From contig NC_043002.1 of the NCBI RefSeq assembly GCF_006345805.1, forward strand, positions 49,104,001 through 49,168,000: a stretch of DNA of 64,000 nt, written 5' to 3'. This document shows, piece after piece, positions 51,521 through 63,527 of this stretch. The position numbers and the translations under genes are program-made. The stretch is from Octopus sinensis. Lineage: Eukaryota. Numbering within the stretch: the first letter of the stretch is position 1; each line of letters starts with the position of its first letter. The notes beneath the pieces are model-generated. The model worked only from the letters and a program-made list of their open reading frames with translations, was not told the origin of the DNA and did not search any database.

Positions 51521-52558
51521 CCTATCTCTCTCTCTGTGTACACATTATATATATCATACATAATAAATGCATAAATATACACATAATATATTTGTGTATA
51601 TTTATGTGTGCCTATATATATATATGCATACATACATATATATGTGTGTATATAAATATATATGTATGTGCATGTAAATATATATATATATATATCTACA
51701 TATTTTACTCATGTATATATACATGTATATGCGTGTGTATACAATACGATCTCTCCCGTTGTTAGACGACTTATGAAGGTTCGGCAATTTCTTGCCCAAC
51801 AACCACATAGATGTTTGGTTCATAGCGATCAAATGTTTGTGTACACATAAGCTCACTCCCTACATCAAGTCCTATGTGTGTGTGTGTGTGTTTGTGCGCG
51901 CGCGCGTATATATAAATGAAAAAGTAGACATTAAGTACAGGATATCACCGAGACTTCGTAAGACAGTAGCATCCAAAAATTTTGAAAATACAAAATCTGC
52001 GGTGAGTTAGAGCTTCGAACAAACAAACAACGCCAGAATGGCCGTAAGGAAATGATCGACACAGACATATTTAGGGCTGTTAGGCCAAGATGAATTGTAA
52101 TGGGTAACGCCTGGGAGAAATTTTGAAAGGATATAGAATAAATAGAAGAGAAAAAGATATCGAGAGGCGAGAGGCATGACGTCCAGCTATCTAGACGTCT
52201 CATCCAGAAAAAAAAACAGTGACGAGAAAAATAGTCTGTAGTAACATGTGAGCAACAGGTATAGTGAGAAGGGGACAAGACAGAGGATGAGGGTAAGAAA
52301 TATTGGGAGTGAGGAGAAGCGAGAAGGAACGAAAGATAGAGAATGAACGAAAGACAGATAAACGACAGCAAAGGAGGGGGAGAAAAAGAAATGTAGAGGA
52401 CTATAGAGGGATAGAGAAAAAGAAAGAAAATAGGCAGGGAACAGAGTTGCAGAATTTATATATAAATGTAAAAACTTACTGTTGACAAAGGCTGCGTGGT
52501 GTTCAATTATTAAATAAAATGAGAAAATACACACTAAGTATATGTGTATATATCTATA

Positions 52559-52618
<60 letters not shown>

Positions 52619-52657
52619 TATATATGTTGCATATATATATGTATGCATATAATATAT

Positions 52658-52740
<83 letters not shown>

Positions 52741-52831
52741 TATATATATATATACACTTACATACATATATATATATACATATATTTACATATACATATA
52801 ACTGAAGTTAAACCCAGGTGTTATTCAAATT

Positions 52832-52920
52832 CTTTTACTTCCGACATATGTTTCGAAGACAATGTGTATGTCCTCCATTTGCTTCTCTCGTTGTTTGCAT
52901 ACCCAAGTTTGTCTTCGTAT
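52832..52920 (-). repeat. Degenerate relative of the 7086-7180 hammerhead/PLE terminus
   Basis: GTCTTC-GAAAC-ATAT-GTC-GGAAGTAAAAG and an 8-bp stem II are retained; the CTGATGA box is absent. Confidence 0.65.
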
Positions 52921-52992
52921 TCCGTGTTGTTAACGGTTTATGACGTCGTGTAAGCATATATGTATGCATGCATATATATATATATATATATA

Positions 52993-53072
<80 letters not shown>

Positions 53073-53154
53073 ACAATTGCAGCGTGGAAGGTGTTTGTAA
53101 GCCATTTAAGAAACACACAAAAACCGTTCGATTCACTTCAACATTTAAGTTTAA

Positions 53155-53204
53155 TTTGTCAAAATATTTTCGTCGCTAAAATCCGCGACCTGTTCACTGA
53201 CAAA
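53155..53204 (-). ncRNA. Hammerhead-topology motif with non-canonical 5' core
   Basis: TTTGTC-AGTGAACAG-GTCGC(GGATTTTA)GCGAC-GAAA-ATAT-TTT-GACAAA. Confidence 0.35.
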
Positions 53205-53228
53205 ATCCGTGCTGCATGTGATATATAT

Positions 53229-53275
<47 letters not shown>

Positions 53276-54479
53276 TTATCTACGTGCTATTAATATTGTT
53301 GTTATGTGTATCAACACATGGGTGGGCGACCAATTGTTGAAACTGGCATAGGTATGTACCCGTAAATTGTAATCCTTAAGTTTATTAGGGATACTTAACC
53401 TTTACTTATTTAATTGACCACTACGCTGACTGATTTATAGATTGTTTAGCTAATTAGCTGTGAAATTATTTGTCTGATGGGCTAGCCAACTCACTGATTA
53501 GGTGCACTGGATGGTCGACCAGCAGTCTTCAATTCAGGTCACTTACCCAAGTTATTACCTCCCCTTAACCATAAATATTTCCCTAATTTTCTTATTAAAT
53601 ATATTCGTTTGTGTTTACTAATTTCACATTCCTATTAAAAAAAAAATCTTTTGGACCATTTTCACCCCCAACCGTCTTATTCCCTAAATATCCGAATAGG
53701 TTTCTCTCATAATATTTATTCTATAATTTTTCATTTTTTACTGTCCTAAGCATTTTAGGGCCCCTTGCAACATATACCATTTTCCCATTCATTTATTTAT
53801 CTTACCCCGTATAACGGTCTTTTGTTTTGAAATTTCTACTGACCAGTTATATCGACGTTGGACCTTGGCCCACCTCACTTCTGACAACAGGTGGAAGGGC
53901 TTAACTACCTACTAGTAATTGAAAAATTACATCTAATCGATTAACACTTTATTTTGATAAGTACTATTAATTAGTACTATAAACATAATTATTAAAAATT
54001 ATTATGATCAATTTAAAACTTTATTGTATCTTCATCCCTTCTCCGACTAAAACCTATTGGCGTATCCCACTACTATTCTTATTTATTTTTGTTATATATC
54101 CATCCTATTCCTGCCGTACAAAGGATTTACTCCACCAAATACTTTTTTTAAGTTTAGTCATTATAATTAACGTCTCAAAGTGATGCACAAGCAAAATGGT
54201 ATGATTACAACAATTCCACTTTTCCCTTTTCTTCTCTAGGCTCTTCTTTTTTTTTTATATATTCTCCACTCCGATGAAACTCTACGTTTCAGATCGGTTT
54301 CATCACCAAATATGATAAATACTTTTAGCATATCAATGGCAATACCTTACAACATTGGAAACAGAAACAGCTGTTAGATGGGATGCACTCTATTTGTATT
54401 GAATTAATAAATAATAATTGATGTAAGTCAATCGTTGTTCATCACTATTTCTCGTATTTTTCCATTTTCTGTTTTCTTT

Positions 54480-54482
54480 ATA

Positions 54483-54530
<48 letters not shown>

Positions 54531-54659
54531 ATATATAGATATATATTATATATATATATATGTATATGTGGTGTGTGTGTGTGTGTATATGTATACATAT
54601 ATGTATATATGTGTATATATATATATGTATACATATATGTATATGTGTATATATATATA

Positions 54660-54714
<55 letters not shown>

Positions 54715-55051
54715 ATATATGTATGTATATGTACAATATGTATGTATGTATATGCAAATAACAATGAAGAAATAGAAAAGATTTTTTCCAAAATTCTGAC
54801 GAGCTTTTTCCTAAATATTCAATTTCCGTATACCACATCTACACTCTATACACACACGCACACACACACACTTATATATATACATATATGTGTGTGTGTG
54901 AATATATATATATGTATATATATGTGTATATATATGTATATATATAAGTATAGATATATGTGTGTTTATATGTATGTGCATATATGTATATATATATATA
55001 TTGTATATGCATATGCATATATGTTTGTATATATGTGTGTGTATATCCATG

Positions 55052-55084
<33 letters not shown>

Positions 55085-55186
55085 TATATGCATATGCATA
55101 TATTTTGTATATGTGTGTGTATATCCATGTATATATTATATAATATGCGTATGCATATATGTTTGTATATATGTGTGTGTATATCC

Positions 55187-55267
<81 letters not shown>

Positions 55268-55270
55268 TAT
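54480..55270. repeat. (TA)n-rich field with three copies of a ~70-bp unit
   Basis: TATATGTGTGTGTATATCCATGTATAT recurs at ~55030, ~55108 and ~55168. Confidence 0.85.
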
Positions 55271-56204
55271 AGAGACACACCACACTACTTTACAATGATT
55301 CACAGCGGGTCGCATTTTAAGTTACGGGTACACACCCGTATACACATTTACAAACTCAGTTAACTGAAAAGCGCATTTTTACAAGCACTTCTTAATACAT
55401 ATGTATATAGAGAATTGCATGAATTCACATACTTACATAAATTCGCATTTTCATATGCTTACGTTTAAGCCTACAGAAAAAGCTAAGAAACACTTTAGAA
55501 GTGAAGTCAGAATAAAACAACTATAACAACGTCAGCCACGACCGTAATAACAAGAACGACGATGACGACGACAACGACGATAAGAACAACAACAAAACCA
55601 CAATATCGGCAACAATCAAAATAGCGTTTTCTATCGAAAGAAGCGAAAGTATTCCCTCTTGTATAGAATGTATGGATCGTTGAAGAAGAAGAGACAGGTT
55701 CAATTTGCAACATATCTAAAAATGTATTCAGTTATTTGACTGGTTTTAAAGAGATACAAAGTCATCCCCGCAAAGAATTCAATAATTACTCTTGTCGCCG
55801 CTATTTTAATGGCGACGTCATATGCTACGGCCAGTGTGTGCGTGTGACGCTCTGTTTCTATCGGTGCTGATCTATTGTGGTCATGTAATAGAAACAGTAT
55901 GGGGCCTAGCATTTCTCCTTGACAGAAACCAAGTGGTCATGACATTTTCACACGCCACTCTTGGCAGAAAGCAGCTTTCTTTTTACTTCTTGCATATTTT
56001 GCTTTTCGTTCAGAGAAATATATGTTTATTTTTCTGTTTGTCTGCTCGTGTTCATATAGGTGTTTTGTCTGCATGTGTGTGCAGATGACCAGGTGAGTAG
56101 AGTAGAGAGAGAATAGAGTAGAGTAGAGTAGAAAAAGGGGACAACAAGGGAAAAAAAAGAGAAAGCAGAAAGAGAGAAGATATAGTGATTCAAGAAACAA
56201 TGAA

Positions 56205-56261
<57 letters not shown>

Positions 56262-56849
56262 GAATGGAAAATAGATAGTAAGAAAGTAAGATTTGGGGAG
56301 AGAAGGTGTCAGATTGCAACACTGAAAAAAGATTTCGAATGGGAATTAAATACAGAAATAAATGAAGCTGAGAACGATTCTGAGGGAAGTAAAGAAATGA
56401 AGAAAAACAGTAAATAAAAGAAGTCTAAAGTCAACTCATTGCTGAATCGAAGAGCAGGACACGCAGGGGTTGGTATTGCTATAAAATAAAGATCGTTTTG
56501 TTGCAACTCAATAGGAATTATCATGAATAGACCCAAAAGTTTAACGCTTCCTGACCGAACCAGCACGTCGCCATACTAATACTTCTTCGTCTGGCGATAC
56601 GAGAAGCATTAAACCAGACGTTGTTCCACCCACTCATCGAGATATGGTTAATAGCTTGATGTGCCACATGTTAAATACTTGTACCCATAACAGATATATT
56701 ATTTATACATTACATTTAATCGCTTTACATAATCGAAACTTTTCTTTTCGTTTTCTCTTCTGTAAAGGTTATTTTATAGATCTGCAACTATATGGATAGT
56801 ACATGAACTGATGTGAAGAAGAAAATGTTCAGGTTTTAAACAACCAGTT

Positions 56850-57024
56850 CCGTTACGTTCTGAGTTCAAATTCCGCCGAGGTCGACTTTGCCTTTCATCC
56901 TTTCGGGGTCGATTAAATAAGTACTAGTTACACACTGTGATCGATATAATCGACTTAATACGTTTGTCTGTCCTTGTTTTCCCCTCTGTGTTTAGCCCCT
57001 TGTGGGTAGTAAAGAAATAGGTAT
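56850..57024 (+). mobile_element. 5'-truncated SINE family B (dimer-type first unit)
   Basis: CCGTTACGTTCTGAGTTCAAATTCCGCCGAGG...AGTAAAGAAATAGGTATT. Confidence 0.85.
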
Positions 57025-57115
57025 TGAGAGACGGAAAATTAGTAATACAAACCAGTGATACTCATACATACATACATACATACATAGATACATACATACA
57101 TACATACATACATAC

Positions 57116-57230
57116 AGTGGCGGACTGGCCTGGTTGTCAGCTTGTCCGATAGCAAGTGGGCCCCTGCGCCATTAGAATCCATATATGGGGACCTATGTTA
57201 GTATCTAAGGAGACCATTCCCTCAAGTTTG
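57116..57230 (+). mobile_element. Truncated hAT-like MITE end
   Basis: Begins CAGTGGCGGACTGGCC...GGGCCCC; the matching right TIR was not found. Confidence 0.35.
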
Positions 57231-57339
57231 AGAATTTTTTTAATTATCTCCTGAAAGAATGCATTAATTATTTCAGCCTGCTGTGTTTGTAGACAGTTGA
57301 AAAGAATACTTTTAACAAAAACAAAAACAAAAAATGATA

Positions 57340-57427
57340 GCATTGTAGTTGCCGAATCGCTAAGTGACGGGGACGTAAACACACCAGCACCGGTTTCAAG
57401 CGATGTTACGGGGACAAACACACAAAC

Positions 57428-57483
<56 letters not shown>

Positions 57484-57646
57484 GACGGGCTTCTTTCAGT
57501 TTCCATCTATCAGATCCACTCACAAAGCTTTGGTCGGCCCGAGGCTATAGTAGAGGACATTTGCCCAAGGTGCCACGCCGTGGGACTGAAACCAGAACCA
57601 TGTGGCTGGTAAGCAAGGTACTTGCCACACAGACACTCCTGCGCCT
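57340..57646 (-). mobile_element. SINE family A (tail truncated)
   Basis: Head ~57483-57646. Confidence 0.85.
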
Positions 57647-57779
57647 ATGTTAAAATCCTCCGTTTAGCGGGCTGAAGCAACATGCTTAGAGGCTTTATCA
57701 ATTATGACTAAAGCCTAATGTAACTATAGGTGTGTGTGTATATATATAGTATATATATATATATATATGATGTACTGAT

Positions 57780-58830
57780 CCGTATAGAAAATTAAAAAAG
57801 ATGTACTCCTTCTGGAGAGAGATAAATATCTATTTAAAGGTTATAATGCATGTATTAAAGCGCAACCAATAGTTTCATATGTTGAGAAAACTCAAACATA
57901 TTCTTCAGGCGCAAACCACATATCATAACAAACTAAAGAAATTGAATAATAGAAGAAACGCGAAAAAACTGAAAAAATACGAGAAAACTGAGACGGCAGC
58001 ATACAAAAAATGCAGACAGTAAACAACGGAAAACGGGAAACGAAAAAGAGAAACTAAAATGTAAAAATTAAAAAGGTAAAAGAGCTATCCTCCTTAGACC
58101 TTAAATGATAAGGTTGGAAAGATATCAAGTTAGTCATTAATAGGCAGAATTTTCCAATTCTTCAAAATATACTTATACATATGCATGCAACCACTGACAA
58201 TTTCTGACCTGAAGTTCAACAGAGAGCTAGGGATCTTAAATCTGAACAGGATCTGCGCTCTTTCACCCAAACAAAGTCTACATTTATTCGATTTATTCAC
58301 GTAAGGTATGGATTTCTCAATTACTTTCCATTTAAACACATGCGGTATTTCGTTATCTTTCAAAGTCCATACGTAGCTAGCTAACTTAGTAGCTCTACTT
58401 TTGTCATCACGTCGGTAGGAGGTTATGTAATTGGCATAGCGATTTTTAAATTCACCTTCACATAATCAAATATAGGTATTCTTATCAGTTGTATTATTAT
58501 TTAAGGTTGCAGTAACTTCTGCCTCATATATAATAGATTTAGTCATACATTGCTGGTAAAGTGGACAGGATCCTGGGTCAAGCTCTTGGTATTGACCACG
58601 TGTAATGATACTCTTCATATTGGGGCAGCAGCTATATGATAATTTCACAGAACACCTATTATTATATATGTTCTTGTATCTGTGAGTGGCTGGAAAATGA
58701 TAATAAGTTCATCTCGAGCGAAACAGTACATACAATACTGGTGTATAAAATCGAACCGCATGAATATTTTCTTTCAAAAGGGTTTCATAATGGAATTGAC
58801 AAATGCAGAATAGATAAGACATATCGCATT
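57780..58830 (-). mobile_element. 3' portion of a Penelope-like element (GIY-YIG endonuclease + 3' UTR/pLTR)
   Basis: VKLSYSCCPNMKSII..CPLYQQCMTKSIIYEAEV..NTYI*LCEGEFKNRYANY..TKLASYVWTLKD..KWKVIEKSIPY..CRLCLGE..LLNFRSEI. Frame 58130-58648 is continuous with one in-frame stop at the YIG glycine. Confidence 0.9.
57860..57912 (-). ncRNA. Minimal hammerhead ribozyme at the PLE 3' end
   Basis: GCGC-CTGAAGA-ATATGTT(T)GAG(TTTT)CTCAACATAT-GAAAC-TATTG-GTT-GCGC. Confidence 0.7.
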
Positions 58831-58843
58831 ATAATTTATTGGT

Positions 58844-59053
58844 TTCAAATTGTGGTACAAGCTCGGCAATTTCAGGGGAGGATGTAGGTCAATGATATCA
58901 ACCCCGTTGCTCTACTGGTACTTGTTTTTTCGACCCTGAAAGGATGAAAGGCAAAGTGACTCCGGCGGTATTTGGAGTCAGAAGGTTATGTCGTAAAAAA
59001 TGCTGTTAAGCATTTTTCCGGTGCAAGCAACGATTCTGCCAGTTCGATGCCTT
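58844..59053 (-). mobile_element. SINE family B
   Basis: GGTTTCAAATTGTGGTACAAG...CGATTCTGCCAGTTCG. Confidence 0.8.
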
Positions 59054-59896
59054 ATATTGCATTATAATTTATTAAATTTATTACACTGTGGTTTCAAATT
59101 TGTTGTAATGTACACTGGCAGAAATTAATGAGTTGTAAATTTGAATAACCGCTTGTAGCTTTACTTTGTCATTTTAAACGTGATTTTATCACTGTTGCTT
59201 TAATGTGTTGCTAACTATTTTCAATTTCACTTCGGACTTCATAATAAAGTTCATTTAAATAAAATGGCAAAACTTACGTTCAATCTATAAACTTGTTACT
59301 CGGAACAGAAACTCATTAGGAAACACAGCGTAGATCTACACGAGAACAAGCAACAAGCCCACAACAAACTTATAAAAATAAATAGATCAGGCAAGGAACA
59401 GAGCACTGTACACCAGCAACAGAACATAAGAGATACACAATCGAACACTGGAAATCTTCAGTGGAATATAGACAATGTATAATAAACAAAGGAAATTAGA
59501 TTCGCGGACTTAGACCGACCTAGAACTGAATATATATATATACTTATTTCAAATTATAGCTCAGAATACAGCAGCACTATTAAATTTCTAACAAAAAAAA
59601 ATGACATTTTTACAAAAAACAATTTATTTTGAATAGAAAGAACTAGGCTTTAAGCAGTTTATGAATCAGAAGAAAAAAAAGGTGTACATCATATCGAGGT
59701 TTCTAAAACCGAATAAAACATACTTACAGAAAGAATATAACATGTCAATAACTACCTATAAATTAGTGCACAACATAAATTTGTTTTGCTATCAACTGAT
59801 ATTGTTATGTTTTATAATAAAGTATGTCACGTAATAAAACAAAATATCAGTAGCTGATTGTGCAGGGTAAATGATGATGATGATGATGATGGTGGT

Positions 59897-59995
59897 GGTG
59901 CCTGTATTCTGTATGGCTCCTAAGAAAGACTTTTGAGATTTGAGGAGCCTTGTCATCAAACTTTAAGACATCCCTGCTAACTAAAATAGCATGAA
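59897..59995 (+). mobile_element. R4/Dong-like 3' tip
   Basis: ..LLRKTFEI* (stop at 59941-43), short UTR, then a long (TAA)n. Confidence 0.45.
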
Positions 59996-60013
59996 GTAAT
60001 AATAATAATAATG

Positions 60014-60053
<40 letters not shown>

Positions 60054-60075
60054 TAATAATAATGATAATAATAAT

Positions 60076-60284
60076 TTCTATTGGAGGCACAAGGCCTCAA
60101 ATTTGTGGGGAGGGGACTAGTCGATTGCATCGATCCCAGTGTTCCACTGGTATTTGATTTATCGGCCCCGTAAAGATGAAAGGCAAAGTCGACATCGGCA
60201 GAATTTGAACTCGGAACGTAAAGATGGGTGAAATGCCGCTAAGCATTTTGCCCGGTGTGCTAACGATTCTGCCAGCTCGCCGCC

Positions 60285-60332
<48 letters not shown>

Positions 60333-60500
60333 TTAATAATAATAATAATGGTTTCAAATTTTGCCACAAGGGTAGCCATTTTGGGGGAGGGTTAAGTCGA
60401 TTATATCGACCCCAGTGTTCACTGGTACTGAATTTATCGACTCCGAAAAGATGATGGGTAAAGTCGACCTCGGTGGAATTTGAACTCAGAATGTAGGACG
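60076..60500 (-). mobile_element. Two SINE family B copies separated by (TAA)n
   Basis: ~60076-60285 (flanked by (TAA)n on both sides) and ~60349-60500 (head truncated). Confidence 0.9.
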
Positions 60501-60639
60501 GACGATAACGATGACAATGACTATGGTGATGATGATGATGAGAAGGAGGAGGACGATGATGGTCGACAAATAGATGGGTTAAGGTGAAAATAAAACTTTG
60601 CATGCGCCTGTGAAAGCACATTTGTAAAGTCAACCGTAA

Positions 60640-60960
60640 AATATTATGTGATATTGGACCTAGAATTCATAAACTACAACAACTTAGAAAGTTTATATAA
60701 ACATGTTGAAGAAATGTTGTACTATAATTCTATGAATATAATAATGTACAGGAAAGAGCTGAAACGATTTGAAAAGCTATGGATTCACGCTGACCTAACT
60801 AGTGAATTATAAAAGGAGTGAGTTAGAAACAAGAAATGATTTTATTATCTCATTTGTAATTGACACTACCTAAGCTGTACATAATAATTTCTGTAGAGAG
60901 TTTGACAAATTACCAATAAGGATTGATAGAGGCACGTTTTAGAAATTTTGTTAGAGAATT
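60640..60960 (+). pseudogene. Possible highly decayed CR1/L2-like 3' coding remnant
   Basis: ..KLWIHADLTSEL*K resembles 'TLE.RR.RADL..(V)YK'; heavily degraded. Confidence 0.25.
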
Positions 60961-61148
60961 ACGCAGCGTTTGTTAACCTTGAACATTTTCGATTACTGTC
61001 TAGACTTTTATGCATGTTTCCTGTTGTACATAAATCCTGTTTAATGAAATGGAACTCTCGGTGTTTTTTTTATAAAATATCAATAACATGGAAACAACAA
61101 TAGTAATGGTTAAGGGTAAATGACTGGATATTGTTACCAAAGGCCTTA

Positions 61149-61460
61149 TAAGCCATCAACTAAATATTGTCAAGAATTCTCGGGGGCGGGGGGGGATGTC
61201 TCAGTATTAAGTATATGTTTTAACTGACGATAGCACACCTAAAAAGAAGTCGAGAAATTATACAGATTTGGAAATAGAGACAACTTAAATGTTGGATTTC
61301 AGTACGGAGAAGCAAGACCTATGATAATTGGAAATGATTAAATTAGATGCAAACAAATACTCATACACAAATGAAGAAAATGTTACTGCTAAGTATCCTT
61401 TGTAATACAAGTATTACATAGGATACTTCCAATATGACAGGAAACACTGAATAAAGCACG
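61149..61460 (+). pseudogene. Highly decayed R4/Dong-like RLE fragment
   Basis: ISHQLNIVKN...CLQY*VYVLTDDSTPKKKSRNYTDLEIETT*M aligns by eye to 'IKANRPDIV..CLLIDV..PTDD....EKLSKYKDLEIEI'. Confidence 0.45.
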
Positions 61461-61635
61461 AGTGTGCAGTTAAGACACACAATAGAATATTTTCATTGGA
61501 CTAGCAATAAGAACTGATGATTTCTAGATAGAGGTGCAGTATATTTGATCAGCTCCAGACTACTAGTGATGCTTATTTTACTTGAATAATAATATTATTG
61601 AATAATAATAATAACCACAATAACTATAATAATAC

Positions 61636-61902
61636 TTTCTACATACGCGCAAGGCTTGGAATTTTAAAGAAGGGGTCTCGTCGATTATATCGACCCCTTT
61701 GCTCAACCAGTACTTATTTCATCCATTCCGAAGGGATATAGATGAAATGAGTGCCAGTCGATCCCTGAGGTTGATATTTCCTCGTCCTCGAAAGGATGAA
61801 AGACAGTCGGTCTCGGTAGAATTTGAACCCAGTATGTAAGCCGGAAAAAATGCCGATAAACATTTTGTCCGGTGTACTAACGATTCTACCAGCTCACCGC
61901 CT

Positions 61903-61933
<31 letters not shown>

Positions 61934-62158
61934 AATAATAATAATAATAATCTTTTCTACTGGAGGCACAAAATTTGGTGGGAGGGGACTAGTCGATTAC
62001 ATCGACCTCAGAGTTTCGTTGGCACTTAATTTATCGCTCCCGAAAAGATGAGAAGCAAAGTCAACCTCGGTGGAATTTGAACTCAAAATGTAAAGACGAG
62101 TGAAATACCGCTAAGCATTTCGTTCAGCATGCTAACGACTCTGCCAGCTCGCTGACTT
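61636..62158 (-). mobile_element. Two SINE family B copies separated by (AAC)n(AAT)n
   Basis: ~61636-61901 (with internal duplication) and ~61951-62158. Confidence 0.85.
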
Positions 62159-62179
62159 AATAATAATAATAATAATAAT

Positions 62180-63276
62180 GGCGTAGAATTGCTAAACGGA
62201 GAGATAACGGAAGACCCGGATGATGATGGGTACAAATACCTTAGAATCCTGGAGCTGGACAATATCTGGCACAGAGAAAGGAAAGACAAGGTCATCACTG
62301 TATATTTCAAGCGCCTCAAACTCCCCTTGAAATCAAAACTCAACTAAAGGAACCTTGTGACTGCCATCAACATATGGGCTGTCGCTGTAGTCCACCATAG
62401 TGTACCCATCTTGAAATGGACAGGAGCGGAGATTGACCAACTCGATCGCACAACTCGAAAGACATTGACAGTGCATGATGCCCTCCACCCTAAGGGACGT
62501 ACAGAGGCTCTACATGAAGAGGTTTAAAGGTGGACGTGGGCTGATTAGCGTACGCGGGTGCATTAACTCTACTCCGCATGGAATTACATAGTTAGTTCCA
62601 CCGTGAAACTAACAAGTTAAAAAACCAGGAAGCATCATGGAAGTGGTTCAGCAAGGGTGACCCAAAAACGAAAACTGGAAGCTTAGTCAATGCTGCCCAG
62701 GATCAGGCATTGAATACCAACTCAGTGAAATCTGATATATACCGCACATGTGCAAAGAACCTCTGCATGATGTGTGGAAGAGGGTCGAAAGCATGACTCA
62801 CATTGTTTGTGCCTGTGAAAGTCTTGCGCAGAAAGATTACAAGCGCAGAAACGTCAAGGTTGTGCAGAAACTTCACTGGCTACTATGTTGGAAGTATGGA
62901 TACGAGGTAACGGGTGCTTGGTACCAATACACATCAGAAAAGGAGAAGGCAAAATCCTCTGGAACTTTGATTTGCAGACAGACAAGGTATTAGAGCACCG
63001 AATGTTGGACATAGTAACCTTTTGGAGGGACAAACAAGAGTGCCTAATAATCGACGTGGTAGTGCCAGAGAATCAACATATTAACATGAAAGAAAGAGAA
63101 AAGATTGAGAAACTTGGAAAACTGAGAATAGAGATCTCCAAAATGTAGCAAGTAAAGTACCATTGCGTAAAATACTGTCTTGAGGTCCTTGTTCTACTCG
63201 ACAGACAGTACAAACACCAGGTAGACACAATATTTTCAATCAACAGCTTCACGATATTGGATATTGTGCGACGGCT
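62180..63276 (+). mobile_element. 5'-truncated R4/Dong-clade non-LTR retrotransposon (RT thumb, CCHC region, RLE)
   Basis: GYKYLRILE..LKSKLN*RNLVTAINIWAV..IDQLDRTTRK..RLYMKRFKGGRGLIS..AAQDQALNT..ESMTHIVCACESLAQKDYKRR..GKILWNFDLQTDKVLEHRMLDIV..CLIIDVVVPENQHINMKEREKIEK..LRKILS*. Frameshifts and stops present; flanked by (TAA)n and (TAAA)n(TAA)n. Confidence 0.92.
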
Positions 63277-63314
63277 TAAATAAATAAATAAATAAATAAA
63301 TTAATTAATTAATA

Positions 63315-63353
<39 letters not shown>

Positions 63354-63357
<4 letters not shown>

Positions 63358-63443
63358 GGACGGTTTTTGGCATCTAGGGTTACATGTTGTAGCCCGATGT
63401 TAGGAATTTTTCTTTTCCAGCAGTCTAATTTGTTGTGCGTATA

Positions 63444-63445
<2 letters not shown>
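63354..63445 (+). mobile_element. Short insert in (TAA)n, possible R4/Dong 3' tip of another subfamily
   Basis: ~90-bp unique segment bounded by perfect (TAA)n on both sides. Confidence 0.4.

Positions 63446-63527
<82 letters not shown>

Noticed and set aside
54265-54310. CCGATGAAAC...GTTTC...ATCGG hairpin resembling an HHR
   Set aside because: The core is mismatched on both strands and no compatible stem I forms.
56440-56660. CpG-richer island with short frames (MNRPKSLTLPDRTSTSPY*)
   Set aside because: Short, with no supporting splice structure or homology.
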